Positions 1 through 8,900 of a DNA stretch of 43,162 bases are shown here, in pieces; position 1 is the stretch's first letter; every line of letters begins with the position of its first letter. The notes below the pieces were generated by a model. It worked only from the letters and a program-made list of their open reading frames with translations. It had not been told where the DNA came from and ran no database searches. Both the position numbers and the translations under genes were made by a program. Source of the stretch: a virus (taxonomy: Duplodnaviria; Caudoviricetes); IMG/VR virus record IMGVR_UViG_3300034032_000034, positions 1 through 43,162 of that record. The stretch is one strand, 5' to 3'.

Positions 1-1293
1 GTGCTGACCGAGCTGCGCTGTCGATCGGCGAAGCCGGCGGAGAAAGCGTACAAGCTGGCGGACGCGAAGGGGCTGTACCTCTACGTTACGCCGACCGGCT
101 ACAAGTCGTGGCGGTGGAAGTATCTGGCCGGCAAAGTGGAGAAGCGGCTCACCTTCGGCCCATATCCGGACATCTCGCTGGCCGAGGCGCGGATCCTGCG
201 GGAGGAAGCGGCCCGCCTGAAGCGTCAGGGGCTGGACCCGGGGGCGGAGCGGAAGAAGGCCAAGGCCGCGGAAGCGACCGTGGAAGTCCATACCTTCGAG
301 ACGATCGCGCGCCGCTGGCACAAGCGCAAGAAGGCGCTCTGGAGCGAGACGCATGCGACCTACGTTCTGCGCAGCCTGGAGACGGACGTCTTCCCGGCGA
401 AGTCGGAGTCGGCGCTGTGGCAGGGACGCCTCGGCGACCTGCCGATCGGCACGGTAAGCGCGCGAATGGTGCTGCAGGTGCTTCACACGATCGAGGAGCG
501 CGGTGCGGTGGACCAGGCACACCGGATTCGACAGCGCGTTTCGGACGTCTTCGTCTTCGCGATCGCGGAGGATCTGGCGGACAACAACCCGGCCGCTGCA
601 CTGGGCAAGGCGCTGCTGCCGGCGCGCAAGCGCCGCTATCCTGCCTTCGTGAAGCTCGAGGACGCACGGCGGGTCCTGTCCCTCACCGAGGCGGAGCCCT
701 GTTACCCCTCGACCAAGCTTGCCTCACGGCTGATGGCGATCACCGCCGCGCGCACCACTCCGGTGCGCTATGCCGCGCCGGACGAGTTCGAGGATCTGGA
801 TGGCCCGGCGCCGCTCTGGCGGATACCGGCCGCCAAGATGAAGCTTCAGCTCGCCCAAAAAGACGACGAGGGCTTCGAGTTCATCGTGCCCCTGCCGCAT
901 CAGGCGGTCGACGTCGTGAGGGCCGCGCTCGCCTTGGCCGGTCCACACTCCCGGCTGCTCTTTCCGAGCCCCAGGCACGTCCACAAACCGATCAGCGAGA
1001 ATGCGATCAGCTCGCTCTACAAGCGCTTCCCGGCTATCCGGGGGCGCCACGTGCCGCACGGTTGGAGGTCGAGCTTCTCGACAATCATGAACGAGTGGGC
1101 GGTCGCGGAGAAACGCCTGGAGCTGCGCGCGATCATCGACCTGATGCTCGCCCACAAGCCCGAAGGCGTGGAGGCAGCATACAACCGCGCAGCCTATATG
1201 AGCCTGCGGCGGGAGATCGCCCAGCGCTGGGCCGATATGCTGATGGAGGGGATGGCTCCGGCCGAGCAGCTGCTCAAAGGTCCGCGGCACTAG
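1..1293 (+). CDS. P4-like tyrosine integrase 1 (Arm DNA-binding domain plus catalytic domain)
   Basis: N-terminal KxYKLADxxGLYLxVxPxGxKSWRxKY...LTFGxYP arm domain; catalytic R (TAAR), HGWR, LAH and AYNR motifs. Confidence 0.95.
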   Translation: MLTELRCRSAKPAEKAYKLADAKGLYLYVTPTGYKSWRWKYLAGKVEKRLTFGPYPDISLAEARILREEAARLKRQGLDPGAERKKAKAAEATVEVHTFETIARRWHKRKKALWSETHATYVLRSLETDVFPAKSESALWQGRLGDLPIGTVSARMVLQVLHTIEERGAVDQAHRIRQRVSDVFVFAIAEDLADNNPAAALGKALLPARKRRYPAFVKLEDARRVLSLTEAEPCYPSTKLASRLMAITAARTTPVRYAAPDEFEDLDGPAPLWRIPAAKMKLQLAQKDDEGFEFIVPLPHQAVDVVRAALALAGPHSRLLFPSPRHVHKPISENAISSLYKRFPAIRGRHVPHGWRSSFSTIMNEWAVAEKRLELRAIIDLMLAHKPEGVEAAYNRAAYMSLRREIAQRWADMLMEGMAPAEQLLKGPRH

Positions 1294-1318
1294 CCGCTGG
1301 CGCTGAAAGGCGCGCCGC

Positions 1319-2029
1319 GTGAGCGCGCCATTTGGGGAAACCGCCTTCGACGCGGTGATCCGCGCTAGACCTGACAGCGTTCCAGTTGGCGCTGTCGAGC
1401 AACGGATCTGGAAACCGTTCGGCCAAACCAAGGCTGAAGCCTGGGCGTTCGTCGACGCAGTGATCGGCGCCGCCAAGAAGTTCGATCATGACAGCAAGAT
1501 GCCTGGAGACCGGATGGGGAAAATCGGCCCATCAGGGTTAAAGGTGCTGGAGGCTCTGCTCGTCGGCGTCGACTTCATGAAAGGAAGGATTGAGCCCTCG
1601 ATCGCGACGATCATGGGACGGGCGAAGCTTGCGCGCGCCACCGTGGTGCGCGCGCTGTCGCGTCTGAAGGATGCGGGCTTCCTGTGGTGGATACGCCGCA
1701 AGGTGGAGCTTGATACTGAAGGAGCTGGGCCACGCATTCACCAGGCGACGAACGCCTATTGGTTCAAGCTAAGAGGACGAGCTGCCGGCCTGGTCCGCCT
1801 CATCATGGCCAAACGACGCCCCCCGCCGCCCGACGACGCCGTTACGAGGCGGGAGCAGGATGCTCAGGAGACCGAAGCCATGCTGAAGCGAGGCACCTCT
1901 GAAGACGCAGCCCGGTTCCGTCTCGGCGACTCTCCACTGGGAGATGCCTTCGCTAGCCTCGGTCGATTGCTAGATCATAACGCGAGTTCAATCGAAAGCC
2001 GCAATCCCGACCGGCAGAGTAATATATAA
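1319..2029 (+). CDS. Winged-HTH replication-initiator-like protein (plasmid RepA-like)
   Basis: GRIEPSIATIMGRAKLARATVVRALSRLKDAGFLWWIRR winged HTH followed by QATNAY, as in alphaproteobacterial Rep-like proteins; no other initiator seen in the phage. Confidence 0.65.
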   Translation: MSAPFGETAFDAVIRARPDSVPVGAVEQRIWKPFGQTKAEAWAFVDAVIGAAKKFDHDSKMPGDRMGKIGPSGLKVLEALLVGVDFMKGRIEPSIATIMGRAKLARATVVRALSRLKDAGFLWWIRRKVELDTEGAGPRIHQATNAYWFKLRGRAAGLVRLIMAKRRPPPPDDAVTRREQDAQETEAMLKRGTSEDAARFRLGDSPLGDAFASLGRLLDHNASSIESRNPDRQSNI

Positions 2030-2190
2030 AAGGAATCGCTTCGCGATACGCTATTTGTCTGGTCTGAACCCGCCCCACCCTCACTGAAACCCCAAAGCGC
2101 CGCGACCAGCTCGACGGGTGTAGCGCCGGCTTGCGCCGGCGCGGGCTCTCCGATGGGAGAGCGGCAAGAAGCGTGCCGCCCTATTCGAGC
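2019..2190. other. Putative replication origin or structured element downstream of rep
   Basis: AT-rich tract (gtaatatataaaagg), ATCGC-TTC-GCGAT hairpin at 2035-2047 and clustered hairpins at 2109-2190. Confidence 0.4.
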
Positions 2191-2250
2191 CTCCGCGCGC
2201 GTTGCACGGGCGCAGCGAGACCCGAGTTTTCAAATGCGCGCAAACCGTCT

Positions 2251-3492
2251 TCAAGCGCCCTTCCCCGTCACCAAGTCCGCCCAACGCTGGAACAGATAGC
2301 GGCGCAGGGCGAGATGCTCGGCCCGGTTATAGGCCGCTTCCACCTTGTCCTTCGGCACGTGGCCGAGCGCCTGGTCGATCAGTCCGCGCTCCGTTGGAAA
2401 CCGCTCGTTGAGGATCGTGGAGAAGGTCGACCGCCACCCGTGCGGGACGTGCCGGCCGACAAAACCCGCATTGTTGTAAAGATCGCCGATCGCGGCCTCG
2501 CCGATCGGCGACCGGCCGCCCCGGCCGGGGAAGACGAGCTCGCTGCCGGCGGAGAGCTTCCGAGCCGCGCGCAGGATCTCCACCGCCTGCGCCGACAACG
2601 GGACCAGGTGGTCCGCGGTCGGGTCGGCTTTGCGCGCCCTGGACAGCTTCATCCGCGCCGCCGGGATGCGCCAGGCCGGGCGCCGCGGTCCGATGAAGCC
2701 GCCCTCCCAGTCCAGGTCCTCGAACTCGGTCCAGCGGGCGCCGCGCAGCGTGCCCAGGCGAACCGCGGTGAGCGCGAGGAGGCTGGACGCAAGTTTTTCG
2801 ATCCGGGCGCCGCCGAGCGCATCGACGGCGCCGAGGAGCTCGCGCGCGTCGGCCAGCTCGAGGAGGGCGGGTTGGTGCCGCTTCGCCTTCGCCGGCGCAA
2901 GTACGTCGCGGCCGATGATCGCCGCCGGGTTGGTCCCCGTGCCGGTTTCCGACATGGCGAAGGCGAACACCGCGCCGATCCGCTTGCAGATCCGGCGTGC
3001 CGTCTCGACGCAGCCGCGCGCCTCGACGGCGCGCAGCACCCGCAGGATCGTCGGCGCGTCGATCTCGGACAGCGCCTCGGCGCCGAGCTGCGGCAAGACG
3101 TCGCGCTCGAGGCTGGTCAGGACGTCGGCGGCGTGGACGTCGGACCAGCGCGGCACCTGGTGCGTGTGCCAGCGCCGGGCCCAGGCCTCGAATGTCGGGG
3201 CGGTGTTGGCGTGATCGTTGGCGGCCGCGCGGGCCCGGGCTCCGGCGCCGGCGGGATTGTCGCCGCGGCGCAGCTGCTCGCGCGCCTGATCGCGCAGCTC
3301 GCGTGCCTCGCCCAGGCTGATGTCGGGGAAGTCGCCGAAGGTGAGCAGCTGCTCGCGGCGCTGGTGCCGGAACTTCATCCGGAACGTGCGGCGGCCGTTC
3401 GGCCGCACATAGAGGTAGAGCCCCTCCCCGTCGGCCATCTTGTACGGGCGCGCGGAAGGGCGCGCGGCCTTTACGGTCGCGTTGGTCAGCAT
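2251..3492 (-). CDS. P4-like tyrosine integrase 2
   Basis: MLTNATVKAARPSARPYKMADGEGLYLYV arm domain; TAVR, HGWR, LGH and AYNR catalytic motifs intact; ATG at 3492. Confidence 0.95.
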   Translation of the reverse strand: MLTNATVKAARPSARPYKMADGEGLYLYVRPNGRRTFRMKFRHQRREQLLTFGDFPDISLGEARELRDQAREQLRRGDNPAGAGARARAAANDHANTAPTFEAWARRWHTHQVPRWSDVHAADVLTSLERDVLPQLGAEALSEIDAPTILRVLRAVEARGCVETARRICKRIGAVFAFAMSETGTGTNPAAIIGRDVLAPAKAKRHQPALLELADARELLGAVDALGGARIEKLASSLLALTAVRLGTLRGARWTEFEDLDWEGGFIGPRRPAWRIPAARMKLSRARKADPTADHLVPLSAQAVEILRAARKLSAGSELVFPGRGGRSPIGEAAIGDLYNNAGFVGRHVPHGWRSTFSTILNERFPTERGLIDQALGHVPKDKVEAAYNRAEHLALRRYLFQRWADLVTGKGA

Positions 3493-3508
3493 CAAAACCT
3501 CGTGAAAG

Positions 3509-3544
3509 TGGGGTGAACCCCGGCTTGATCTGGGGTTCACCCCA
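3509..3544. repeat. 13-bp perfect inverted repeat just upstream of integrase 2
   Basis: TGGGGTGAACCCC (3509-3521) and GGGGTTCACCCCA (3532-3544). Confidence 0.85.
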
Positions 3545-3637
3545 TCTTTGCCGCCAGAACGGCGGACACGTCCTCCGCCCTGTGCCAGCAGAGAAACGGC
3601 GGAAAACCGCCGCGGACGTGAGGGCCAGCCCGAGGAC

Positions 3638-3657
3638 GTACCCCGAGCTGTACCCCC
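3638..3657 (-). promoter_or_regulatory. Putative integrase arm-type sites (GGGGTAC direct repeats)
   Basis: Two GGGGTAC copies 12 bp apart on the minus strand, similar to the GGGGCAC pair at 42201-42219. Confidence 0.5.
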
Positions 3658-3669
3658 AGGTGACCGTGC

Positions 3670-3951
3670 CTAGATCAGGCCGCAGACGTCGTTCGTGACG
3701 CGGCGCGCTTCATCGACGCGCGCCGACTCGCTGGGCAACAGGCGGGACCGGTAGACGACGTCGAAGCCGGTGCGGGCCGCACGCAGGGCGCCGAGCTCGA
3801 CCGCGCTGCGCGGGCAGCGGGCCCGGGCAGCGGCCTCGGTGGCTTCGACGCCGGCCACCAGCGCCGCGTTGGAGGCACCCTGGGCGATCGTCGCACAGGC
3901 GGTGGCGAGGCAGGCAAGCGGCAACAAGGCCGCAATCAGCAGCTTTTTCAT
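3670..3951 (-). CDS. Lipoprotein, putative spanin
   Basis: MKKLLIAALLPLACLATAC signal/lipobox; AGGAG RBS; directly downstream of the endolysin. Confidence 0.6.
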   Translation of the reverse strand: MKKLLIAALLPLACLATACATIAQGASNAALVAGVEATEAAARARCPRSAVELGALRAARTGFDVVYRSRLLPSESARVDEARRVTNDVCGLI

Positions 3952-4025
3952 GGTGTGTCTCCTTGGGTTTGCCGCCCCCGCCGCGGCATCGATCGGGGCG
4001 CGGCGCGCGCGCCGCTGGCATGCGG

Positions 4026-4775
4026 TCAGGTGGCGGCTCTCCACCCGCCAGCGATCAGGCCGGCCTGGAAGTCGATCGCTTCGCGGCCGATCTTGAGCGC
4101 CTTGTCGGTTCCGTTGATGATGTCGCGGCTCCGGACGAACTGCTCGAGCGTCGCGGCGCCCTGGCGCGGCAGATCATCGTCGAGGTCGCGCGTGGTGAAC
4201 CATCCTTCGCGCATTCCCCGGACCATGATCGCTGCGGCGATGGCCGGATCAAGCGCCAGATCGAAGTCGGCCAGCAGACGCCCACCCAGGCCGAGCTCCC
4301 GGTCGGCCCGTTCGTAGTTGTAATCCCACGTCAGTTGCACATAGCCGCGGCCGAAGGCGATCTGCCCGCCATGCCTGGTCGGCGCGCCGTACTTGCGTCC
4401 CTTGCCCCGGCCATATTCGCGGATCGGCTTCATGGTGCCGGCGGTTTCGTGATAGGCGGTGGCGAGCGCGTAAGCGGTGTCGGCGATCGGCCAGCCCGCA
4501 TGGCCGCAGGCCTCGATGATCGCATTGCAGCCATCGACCTCGTCCTGCTCCAACGTCGGGCCGAGCGTGTTGGTACGCTTTATGTGGGCGAAGAAGGCCG
4601 CGGGTTCGGCCAGTCGGGTGGTGCTGGAAGCCGCTGGGGGCTGCCCGCCTGCATCCGGGGCGATCCCCGCCGCGGCGAGGCCCTGGTCAAGGGCTGCGAT
4701 CCGTTCGCTGGTGAACCCGTCGGCGTCGAGCCACGGACGCACGAGCGCGAACACAGCCTTGCGATGCTGAGCCAT
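4026..4775 (-). CDS. Endolysin, glycoside hydrolase family 19-like
   Basis: AYALATAYHET...GRGYVQLTWDYNY...IINGTD motifs. Confidence 0.9.
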   Translation of the reverse strand: MAQHRKAVFALVRPWLDADGFTSERIAALDQGLAAAGIAPDAGGQPPAASSTTRLAEPAAFFAHIKRTNTLGPTLEQDEVDGCNAIIEACGHAGWPIADTAYALATAYHETAGTMKPIREYGRGKGRKYGAPTRHGGQIAFGRGYVQLTWDYNYERADRELGLGGRLLADFDLALDPAIAAAIMVRGMREGWFTTRDLDDDLPRQGAATLEQFVRSRDIINGTDKALKIGREAIDFQAGLIAGGWRAAT

Positions 4776-4809
4776 GTTAATTTCTCCTGGTAAAGATGAG
4801 CGCGGCGGC

Positions 4810-5022
4810 TCAGTCGAGCTGGGCGATCATCGCCTGCATGTCTTCGGGCAGCGGTTCCGCCCGGACGCCGCCATAAGCGGCATCGAGCGCCTCGCCGATC
4901 GGGCTGCGCTGCAGCCGCACGAGCTCGCTCGAGGCGCTGAAGGCGCGCGCGAACGCCGCCGGCGCCGCGATGCACGAGGCGGCCGTGGCCGCGCCGATCG
5001 CGATCATGCCGGCGTCAAACAT
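4810..5022 (-). CDS. 70-aa protein with N-terminal hydrophobic segment and NepR-like C-terminus
   Basis: C-terminal IGEALDAAYGGVRAEPLPEDMQAMIAQLD resembles the NepR core pattern; start overlaps the holin stop. Confidence 0.55.
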   Translation of the reverse strand: MFDAGMIAIGAATAASCIAAPAAFARAFSASSELVRLQRSPIGEALDAAYGGVRAEPLPEDMQAMIAQLD

Positions 5023-5371
5023 TGCTGATCCTCGCCGCCTCGACCCGCCGCAGCACGATGGTGTGGAGGGCGTTGAGCAGGAAACCGAAGCCGAGCGCGC
5101 CCGACGCCATTGATCCCAGCACCACCAGCGGCACCGGCAAGGTCCAGCACATGCCGGCGGCAACCCAGCCCGTGGCGAAGGCGGGCAGGGCCGCGAACTC
5201 GCTGATCGTCACCCAGTGGCGCTTGCGCTTCCAGGCGGCGAGCTGCACCGGGTCCTCCGGCGGATCGGCCGCGGTCGGGCCGAACAGCAGCCAGGCGAGC
5301 CGGGCACTGGCCGCGACGAACGCGGCAAAGAACGTCAGCAGCCACAGGGCCGCCGCTTCAAACTTGTCCAT
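5015..5371 (-). CDS. Putative holin
   Basis: 118 aa with about three hydrophobic segments, upstream of the endolysin. Confidence 0.7.
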   Translation of the reverse strand: MDKFEAAALWLLTFFAAFVAASARLAWLLFGPTAADPPEDPVQLAAWKRKRHWVTISEFAALPAFATGWVAAGMCWTLPVPLVVLGSMASGALGFGFLLNALHTIVLRRVEAARISNV

Positions 5372-5382
5372 TATGTCTGCCT

Positions 5383-5937
5383 TTAGTTGGCGGAGCCCGG
5401 CCAGGACGCCGTCTCGATGTCGATTGCCGCGAGTTCGCCGGCCGTCGCGGCCGCTTCGATCGCCTCGCGCAGGGTTCGCGCCGCCGTGTGGCAGGCGGCG
5501 ACGTGCCGCCCCACCGCCACGCCCGCGGCGATCATTGCCGCCGCGTCGTGCTCCACCACCTGATTGTCGGCCATGGTGAAAGGCTGCGCGAACGGCTGCC
5601 CGCCCGCCTGGGCGAGCATCGCCATGGTGACGAGGCCGTTGATCTTGCCCTGGCTGGCTGGATCGCTGTCCATCCGCCCGAGCGGCGTCTCGGCGCCGCC
5701 ATATTCCGATTCGGCGCGCCGCGCTTTCACCCGCTCCCACGCTTCCGCCTTGAGCACGTCGAGCCGCGGCACCCAGCAGCCCGCCTCGGCGTCCCACGCC
5801 TCGCGCGCCAGGTCGCCATGCCGATCCACCTCGATCGCCGGCAGCGCGTCCGGATTGTCCCGGTCGGTGTCGTCGCCGACGATCTGGGCCGCGACTTCGC
5901 CGCCGGCGCCGAGCAGGATCCAGAGCCGTTCGCTCAC
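5383..5937 (-). CDS. Tail-fibre-associated protein (DUF4376-like)
   Basis: DSDPASQGKINGLV...FTMADNQVVEHDAA...LREAIEAA pattern; GTG start overlaps the fibre gene stop. Confidence 0.75.
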   Translation of the reverse strand: MSERLWILLGAGGEVAAQIVGDDTDRDNPDALPAIEVDRHGDLAREAWDAEAGCWVPRLDVLKAEAWERVKARRAESEYGGAETPLGRMDSDPASQGKINGLVTMAMLAQAGGQPFAQPFTMADNQVVEHDAAAMIAAGVAVGRHVAACHTAARTLREAIEAAATAGELAAIDIETASWPGSAN

Positions 5938-8900
5938 GCGCCGATCGCCACGCTGATCGGGGTGGAATGAAGGGCGAGATATTCGGTGCCCGTCTTGCTG
6001 CTCAGCGCCGCCACCAGCTGGACGTCGTACGTGCCGTCCGCGGGAGACGCGCTTTGGTTGCAGATCGCGGAGCCGGGCTCCGAAGAGGCGAGCTGGCTGT
6101 TGTAGATCGCCTCGCTGCCCTGGACCGCTGCGCCGAAATCGGTCCAGCTGCCGGAGCCGGCAACGGCATAGCGCCATTTGAGCAATCCCGACCGCGCCAG
6201 CGAGGTCGATGCGATTACGTCATAGTCGGTCGAGGCATAGCTCCGGATCGTCTCGCCGGCGGCCTTGGTCAGCCCGGTGAGCTTGAACACCTCCACGTAA
6301 GACGTGCTGGTCAGCGTTCTCCCGCCGATGTCGGCGCCGCCGCCTTTGCTGCCTGTGCCGCCGCTGCCGCCGCCGGTCGGTGCGGTCCCGGTGGTGCGCG
6401 TGACGGTGACCGTGATCGGCGGCTGCGCGATCCCGCCGATCGTCACGACCAGCTGGAAGGTGCCCGAGCCGGTGAGGCTGCTCAGCGTCACCTTGCCCTT
6501 GTCGGCGCTGCCCGGAACGTTGTTGACGGTCAGGCCGGTGAGATTGGCGCCGACGTTCTGCAGCGCATAGGTGGTGCCGGCGTCCGTCCTCTTGTCCACG
6601 CCGCCCCGGGTGACGATCGGGGTGAGCACCTTCGGCAAACCGGTCGCGACGCCGTTATAGTCGGCCGAAATCTCGACCTGCTGCTGGATCGATACCACCA
6701 CCTGAGACAGCGCCGTATTGTCGGCGTTCGGATCGGCCTGCTTCAGGAGCAGGATCGGCGAGCTGCTCACCGCGCCGATCGTCGCCTGCACGATCGCGAA
6801 GTCGTTGGCGCCGAGCTCGGCCGTGCTGACCGAAAACGAAGTGCCGGTGCCCGCCTTGATGTTTACGCCCGCTCCGTTCTTGGCGGTCCAGTTGATCGTG
6901 CCCGACACCGCCTGAAGCGTCGCCGCGAACGTCGCGGTCTGCGCCGACGGCGTGAGGACGCCGTTGACGTAGGTGAAGCTGGTGCGATCGGCGCTGACGA
7001 AGATCGCGCTTCCGTCCTGCGCAAGCTTCCCCGGCGCACCCCAGGCGGGGGTCGCGGAGCCGCTGGTGCCCTGGATGCTCGCGATACCGACCGACGAGTA
7101 AAGCGGGTCGGAGCCGTTCGGAAGCGTCGTCGACCAGCCGGTCGGCGGGGTTAGCAGCTGCGTGCCGAAATTATAGGAGCCTCCCGAGGGCGCCGCCGGC
7201 GCGGACGTGGCCCGCTGGTAGCAATAGACTTCCGCCACGGAGAGGCCGGCCGCGCCGTTCGTGCCGTTCGTACCGTTCGTACCGTTGGTGCCGTTGGCGC
7301 CCTCGACCCGCGCCGGGACGTCCCAGACGTAGGCGGAAACGGAGTTCGGCCGCTGGCCGAAGCTGCTCCACAAAGGGTTCGCCGACGCGGGAACGCTCGC
7401 CACATCGGTATACCAGCCCGCCGGCACGCCGCTGCTCGCAGCCGGCGTCCCCGGCTGCGCGGCCGAGCGTATGAAGATAACATCAACCCCCGCCCCATCG
7501 ATGCCGTTGGTGCCGTTTGTCCCGTTTGTCCCGTTTGCGCCGTCCTGGGCGATGCGGCCGACGCCTGCCCACACCGGGGTTGCCGTCCCGGTGGTTCCCT
7601 GGATCGAGGCGGTGGCCTTCGCCTGGTAAAGCGGATCGGTGCCGGCGGGCGGAACAAGCGCCCAGCCGCCCGGTGGCGTCAGCGCCCTGGTGCCGAAGTC
7701 GTAGGAGCCGCCGCTCGGGACACCGGGCTGAACCGCTGCGCGCTGAAAAACGGAGACTTCGGCGACGGAAAGGCCGTTCGCTCCATTGGTGCCGTTTGTC
7801 CCGTTTGTCCCGTTTGTGCCGTTCGCGCCCTCGACTCGCGCCGGCACGTCCCAGACATAGGCCGAGGTCGAGTTGGGCCGCTGGCCGAAGCTGCTCCACA
7901 GCGGGTCAGCCGAGGCGGGCACGCTTGCGGCATCGGTATACCAGCCTGCAGGCACACCGGTGCTCGCCGCGGGCGTTGCAGGCTGCGCGGCCGAGCGCCG
8001 AAAGATTGCGTCGACACCAGCGCCGTCGGCGCCGCTCAGCGTCTTGGTAATGATCGTCGAGCGCTGCTTGCCGCCGATCGTGCAGTTGATCTGGACGGCC
8101 AGCGTCGCCTGCGCGTTGGCGAGGTCCGCGCGGTTGACGTAGACCTCCGTCTGGTTTGTCGCCGTGACCGCGCCACCAGCGGCGGTGCGCAGCGGCACGC
8201 TGGTGGCTCCCGTGGCGGTGAAGGCGGACGCGTTCCACGTCAGGCCGGCCAGCTCAGCCGCCGAGTGGTTTTCCTGAAACAACCGGACCCGGATATTCGA
8301 GCCGGCGGTGATCGTGCCGTCCGCCGCCGCGGGGAATTGCGGGTAATCTGGGATGATGTAGGCGACCTTCCCCGCCGCTCCGTCCTGCCCCTCGACCCGC
8401 GCGGGCGTGTCCCACGTCCAGTTCGCCGCCGCGTTCGGCCGCTGGCCGAAGCTGCTGTAGAGCGGGTTGGCGGAGGCGGGCACGCTTGCCACGTCCGTAT
8501 ACCAGCCCGCCGGCACCCCGCTGCTCGCCGCCGGAACTGCCGGCTGCGCGGCCGAGCGGATGAAGATCACGTCGACGGCGGATCCGTCCGCGCCGTTCGT
8601 GCCGTTTGTGCCGTTTGTCCCGTTGGCGCCGTCCTGGGCGATACGGCCGACGCCCGCCCAAACCGGCGTCGCGGTTCCGGTCGTCCCCTGGATCGAGGCG
8701 GTGGCCTTCGCCTGGTAAAGCGGATCGGTGCCGGCGGGCGGGACAAGCGCCCAGCCGACCGGCGCGGTGAGCGTTTTTGTGCTGAAATCGTAGGAGCCGC
8801 CGGTCGGGACCGCCGGCTGAACCGCGGCGCGCTGGTAGACGCTCACCTCGGCGACGGAGAGGCCGTTGGTGCCGTTGGTCCCATCCTTGCCCTCGACCCG

